Below are positions 36,794-40,368 of a stretch of 40,368 nucleotides of DNA, piece after piece; the first letter of the stretch is position 1, and every line of letters starts with the position of its first letter. Under the pieces are notes generated by a model. That model saw nothing but the letters and a program-made list of their open reading frames with translations, had not been told where the DNA came from and did no database searches. Source of the DNA: Candidatus Gottesmanbacteria bacterium RIFCSPHIGHO2_02_FULL_40_13 (GTDB taxonomy: Bacteria; Patescibacteriota; Microgenomatia; 2-02-FULL-39-11); contig MFJN01000009.1 in assembly GCA_001779235.1 (NCBI GenBank), forward strand, positions 1-40,368, in the 5' to 3' direction. The position numbers and the translations under genes were made by a program.

Positions 36794-39700
36794 TCATTTT
36801 CCTGCAGCCATCGAACTGCTTATTCTACCAAATTCTATAAAGAAAAAAGTGAAAAAAAGCATCATGACTATCGGAGCAATCATCGAAATATAATTCCTTC
36901 TTCCCGGACGAAAATACCGAAGAAGAAGAGAATTAGAAACGACTGAAATGGAAGAAAAAGCCATAGCCAGTCCTGCTAACTCCGGTTTAAGCACCAAACC
37001 GATCGATATGAATACTCTGGCGGCAATCGGAATACCTATTACATTATAAAAGAGTGCAAAAAACATATTTTGTTTGATTTTTCCCATCGTTTCCTTTGAC
37101 AAATCAAAAGCGGTCACCACATCTCTCAGGTCATTTTTCATAATCACAATTCCACCTGCTTCCATAGCGACATCTGTTCCCGATCCCATGGAAATTCCTA
37201 CATCAGCTTGAGCCAGAGCCGGCGCATCATTAATTCCGTCGCCAACCATAGCAACTTTCTTTCCGCTCTCCTGAATCTTTTTTACCTCATTTGCTTTATC
37301 CTCGGGTAATACTTCAGCAAGTACATGGTCAATTCCTACTTCGCGGGCTATAGCTTCAGCTGTTCTTCTGTTATCACCTGTTATCATATAGACTTCAATA
37401 CTTCGTTTCTTAAGACTCGCCACCGCTTCTTTTGAAGTTTCTTTAACTGTATCTGCAACTGCGATAAGTCCGATAATTTCTTGATTTAATCCTACCATCA
37501 TTACCGTCTTCCCTTGATTCTCAAGATTTTCAAGAATGAAATTAAGTGATTGTTTAATTGTTAAATCGTTTAATTGCATCAACCTTCGATTTCCGATTAA
37601 TACCGTTGCCGTCTCTTCTCCCACTGTCATTTCTCCCATAGCGCCTTGGCCGGCGATGGCAAGGAAATTCTGTACTTCAGAAAGCTGCAAATTATCTTGA
37701 TTTGCTTTATTTACTATTGCTTCAGCTAAGGGGTGTTCAGATGATTTTTCAAGAGATGCAGCAAGGGTTAGAATGTCATTCTGAGTGAAGCGAAGAATCC
37801 CGTTGGGGTCCTTCGACTCACTTCGTTCGCTCAGGACGACATGTGACGGAATTACATCCGTCACAGTCGGTTTTCCGTTTGTTAAAGTTCCTGTTTTATC
37901 AAAAACTACAGTATTTACTTTACAGGCAGACTCCAAAGGTTCTCCTCCTTTAATAAGTACACCGTGCTCGGCGCCTTTGCCTGTTCCAACCATAAGAGCG
38001 GTAGGTGTGGCCAACCCTAAAGCACATGGACAGGCGATAACAATTACCGATGTGAAGGCCATTAAAGCAAAAGCAAGAGGAGCCCCCAAAAAGAAATACC
38101 ACACAATGAATGTCAGGATGGCAATAGCGATCACCAGAGGCACGAACCAAGCTGAAATTCTATCTGCAAAGGCCTGAATAGGGGCTTTGGAGCCTTGAGC
38201 CTCTTCAATCAGTCTTATGATTTGAGCCAGAGTTGTTTCTGAGCCGATTCGTGTTGCCACAAACTCAAAGCTACCCATTTTATTCATGGTGGCGCCGGTA
38301 ACAAAATCTCCTGCATGTTTTTCTACAGGTATACTTTCTCCGGTAAGCATTGATTCATCTACACTAGAGGACCCTTTAACTATCTTTCCATCGATTGGGA
38401 TTTTCTCTCCCGGACGAACCAAAATAATATCACCGACTTTTACTTCATCAATTGAAATATCTTCAGTACTTCCATTTCTTACGACTCTGGCAGTTTTGGC
38501 CGCCAGACCCATCAATTTTTTTATGGCATCAGATGTCTTTCCTTTTGCCCGAAGCTCAAGCCATTTCCCTAAGATGACAAAAGTGATCAGAAACGCGGCA
38601 GTTTCAAAATATAACTCCGGTATTTTGGTGCCTGTAAGACCGGTAAGCGATCCTGTTCTTATATAATAATATGCGAAATTGATAAGTGAGTAAAAATAGG
38701 CTGTTGATGTACCAATGGCGATAAGACTGTCCATGTTGAAGGTCTTCATCCTAAGAGCTGACCACATACCCTTATAAAACCTTAAACCGATAATAAACTG
38801 TACGGGGGTAGATAATATCAGGGAAAATATACCAATATAAGGCGTGAGTAAGACTTTTCCGGGTATCCAGGCTATAAAATCAAATAGCATAAAATAGAAC
38901 ATAGGGAGAGAAAGAAGAAAACTATTCATGAAGGCCTCAAAAAGATTTTTTATTTCTTTCTCTCTTTTATTCCTCTCAAACTCGGGATCATTTTCTTTAA
39001 CGACTGAAGCCAGGTATCCTGCTTTTTTCACGGCAGTAATAAGATTATCAATACTGGTGCTTTTTTCATCGTAATAAACCAGAGCTTTTTCAGCAGCGAA
39101 ATTAACGTTAGCTTTTGATACTCCTGTCACTTTTTTGAGCGACCTTTCAATAATTGCGGCACATGACGAACAATGCATGCCCGATAAGGATAAATTTGCT
39201 CTTTGCAGACTGTTTATCTGGTTTGTATCAGTCTTTACTTCGGCAGCGGCATTATTGGTTTCCGCGGAAGTTGTCTTTTGAGTAAGATTTCTGTTATCGG
39301 TATGATTTGAGGTAAAATCTAATTTATCAAACAGTTTTACTGTATCAATAGAGGATAAAAACTCTTTCAGGAAGTTTTTAACACCCTTTTGTCCTTCCGG
39401 GACGGATACTTTAGTATTTTTTTTATTTTTTACGGTGCCGTCAAAAAAAGATTTACCTTCGGAATCTTTAGAAATCCTTCCTTCTGCGATAATTTCAGAC
39501 TCGACAGAAATTTTGAAGGGCTTATTTGATTTTATAATATTTTGTTGAAATAGAACTTCGTTTTCATGGATAGATTTTCCATTGCCGTTAGTGTCAATTT
39601 TTGCCTGATAACCTGCACGTTTAACCGCATCTATCAATTCATTATGCTGGATATTTTCTTTCTCAAGAGATAGTAATGCTTTTCCGCTTTTATGATCAAT

Positions 39701-39805
39701 ATTTTCAACTTTCACTCCGGAGATTTCTGACAGTTCATCCTTAATCAGTGTTTCACACGACGTACAATGCATTCCCGAGATAGTTAGATTTATATTTTTT
39801 GACAT
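36794..39805 (-). CDS. copA: Cu(I)-translocating P1B-type ATPase with two N-terminal HMA domains
   Basis: GMHCTSC and [41 protein letters not shown]. Confidence 0.95.
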   Translation of the reverse strand: MSKNINLTISGMHCTSCETLIKDELSEISGVKVENIDHKSGKALLSLEKENIQHNELIDAVKRAGYQAKIDTNGNGKSIHENEVLFQQNIIKSNKPFKISVESEIIAEGRISKDSEGKSFFDGTVKNKKNTKVSVPEGQKGVKNFLKEFLSSIDTVKLFDKLDFTSNHTDNRNLTQKTTSAETNNAAAEVKTDTNQINSLQRANLSLSGMHCSSCAAIIERSLKKVTGVSKANVNFAAEKALVYYDEKSTSIDNLITAVKKAGYLASVVKENDPEFERNKREKEIKNLFEAFMNSFLLSLPMFYFMLFDFIAWIPGKVLLTPYIGIFSLILSTPVQFIIGLRFYKGMWSALRMKTFNMDSLIAIGTSTAYFYSLINFAYYYIRTGSLTGLTGTKIPELYFETAAFLITFVILGKWLELRAKGKTSDAIKKLMGLAAKTARVVRNGSTEDISIDEVKVGDIILVRPGEKIPIDGKIVKGSSSVDESMLTGESIPVEKHAGDFVTGATMNKMGSFEFVATRIGSETTLAQIIRLIEEAQGSKAPIQAFADRISAWFVPLVIAIAILTFIVWYFFLGAPLAFALMAFTSVIVIACPCALGLATPTALMVGTGKGAEHGVLIKGGEPLESACKVNTVVFDKTGTLTNGKPTVTDVIPSHVVLSERSESKDPNGILRFTQNDILTLAASLEKSSEHPLAEAIVNKANQDNLQLSEVQNFLAIAGQGAMGEMTVGEETATVLIGNRRLMQLNDLTIKQSLNFILENLENQGKTVMMVGLNQEIIGLIAVADTVKETSKEAVASLKKRSIEVYMITGDNRRTAEAIAREVGIDHVLAEVLPEDKANEVKKIQESGKKVAMVGDGINDAPALAQADVGISMGSGTDVAMEAGGIVIMKNDLRDVVTAFDLSKETMGKIKQNMFFALFYNVIGIPIAARVFISIGLVLKPELAGLAMAFSSISVVSNSLLLRYFRPGRRNYISMIAPIVMMLFFTFFFIEFGRISSSMAAGK
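37774..37841. repeat. Palindromic repeat inserted in-frame in copA
   Basis: TGTCATTCTGAGTGAAGCGAAG...CTTCGTTCGCTCAGGACGACA. Translated as [22 protein letters not shown]. Confidence 0.8.
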
Positions 39806-39807
39806 AT

Positions 39808-40023
39808 TTATGCTTCTTGGACTTTATACGGCAGACCTTGTAGCGCTGAAGCGATATCGGAAGTTTTTAATTCATTTTCGCTTACAATCATAGTCTCTCC
39901 ATTATTTTCCTTAATAACTACATCCTTAACACCGATAATTTTCCCGACTTTTTTCTTTATCAGTTTGATGCACGCCTCACAAGTAATACCGGATATTTTT
40001 ATATTTAAGATATAATTATTCAT
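39808..40023 (-). CDS. HMA-domain copper chaperone (CopZ-like)
   Basis: ISGITCEAC, 71 aa, directly upstream of copA. Confidence 0.85.
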   Translation of the reverse strand: MNNYILNIKISGITCEACIKLIKKKVGKIIGVKDVVIKENNGETMIVSENELKTSDIASALQGLPYKVQEA

Positions 40024-40095
40024 AGATTTTACTGTACTAAAGGCTCGTTCGTCCCGCTCAGCGGGACGATTACGGCCTTTTGTGCCGCATTCTTA

Positions 40096-40368
40096 TTAAC
40101 GGATGCGGCCCAATGCCTGGTTTTTTACCCCACAACCGCAGCCTCCACCCATACCGCACGATCCTGTTTTGACTGCTTGCGCCTGTGCAATATTGTTCTG
40201 AGGCTGGGTTAATACTTTAGTACCTTTTTCGACAACATTTATTACTCCTGTAAACATTCCCATACTACAGGAGAAAGGTATTCTTCCAGTATCAATAGGT
40301 GTAAACTCAATCACGTTTTCACCAAGGACCAGATTTTTTCGGATATTTAATTTCCGGGAAATAATACT
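40096..40368 (-). CDS. C-terminal cupredoxin-like domain and Cys/Gly tail of a larger protein that runs off the window end
   Basis: Frame is open to the window end: ...GENVIEFTP...FSCSMGMFTGVINV...GSCGMGGGCGCG. Similar ends occur in HMA/DsbD-like/cupredoxin fusions (recalled, not searched). Confidence 0.7.
   Translation of the reverse strand, partial: SIISRKLNIRKNLVLGENVIEFTPIDTGRIPFSCSMGMFTGVINVVEKGTKVLTQPQNNIAQAQAVKTGSCGMGGGCGCGVKNQALGRIR

Noticed and set aside
37774..37841. Intein or self-splicing intron explanation for the in-frame inserts
   Set aside because: They are far too short, have no intein C/S...HN termini or group I/II core, and have terminal inverted repeats instead.
3574..38666. 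Other short ORFs nested in or antisense to confident genes (e.g. 3574-3900, 4801-5175, 14305-14676, 16106-16483, 37785-38177, 38286-38666)
   Set aside because: They have no recognisable motifs and are expected shadow ORFs.
1..40368. tRNA, rRNA, transposase or integrase genes
   Set aside because: None recognised by eye. The GC-rich hairpins lack tRNA D/T-loop consensus. tRNAscan-SE and Infernal would be decisive.

Overview
About 40 kb of AT-rich bacterial chromosome. The gene content (short GAD-less AspRS, archaeal-type PpcA, DUF4446/DUF3048, wHTH-NTase, stand-alone RnfD-like and TrpR/YerC-like genes, many near-leaderless starts) suggests a Patescibacteria/CPR, Microgenomates-like organism; this is inference. 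In order: the 3' end of ilvE; a two-gene cassette (1083-aa HD + helical-repeat + HxGH nucleotidyltransferase, then a divergent archaeal-type GAPDH-like protein); a convergent leuA-leuC-leuD-leuB operon with a promoter, Leu-rich leader peptide and attenuator; housekeeping genes (secDF, cca, recJ, ppcA-aminotransferase-aspS, dac, gltX, rdgB, era); metal and ion transporters; a TrpR-like gene bracketed by two copies of one palindrome; and a copper cluster (copZ, copA, DUF1573, ccdA, Cys-motif protein, cupredoxin). Short modular palindromic repeats lie between genes and also in-frame inside gltX, rdgB and copA. I saw no rRNA, tRNA, CRISPR array or transposase. All family calls come from motif recognition by eye; no searches were run.
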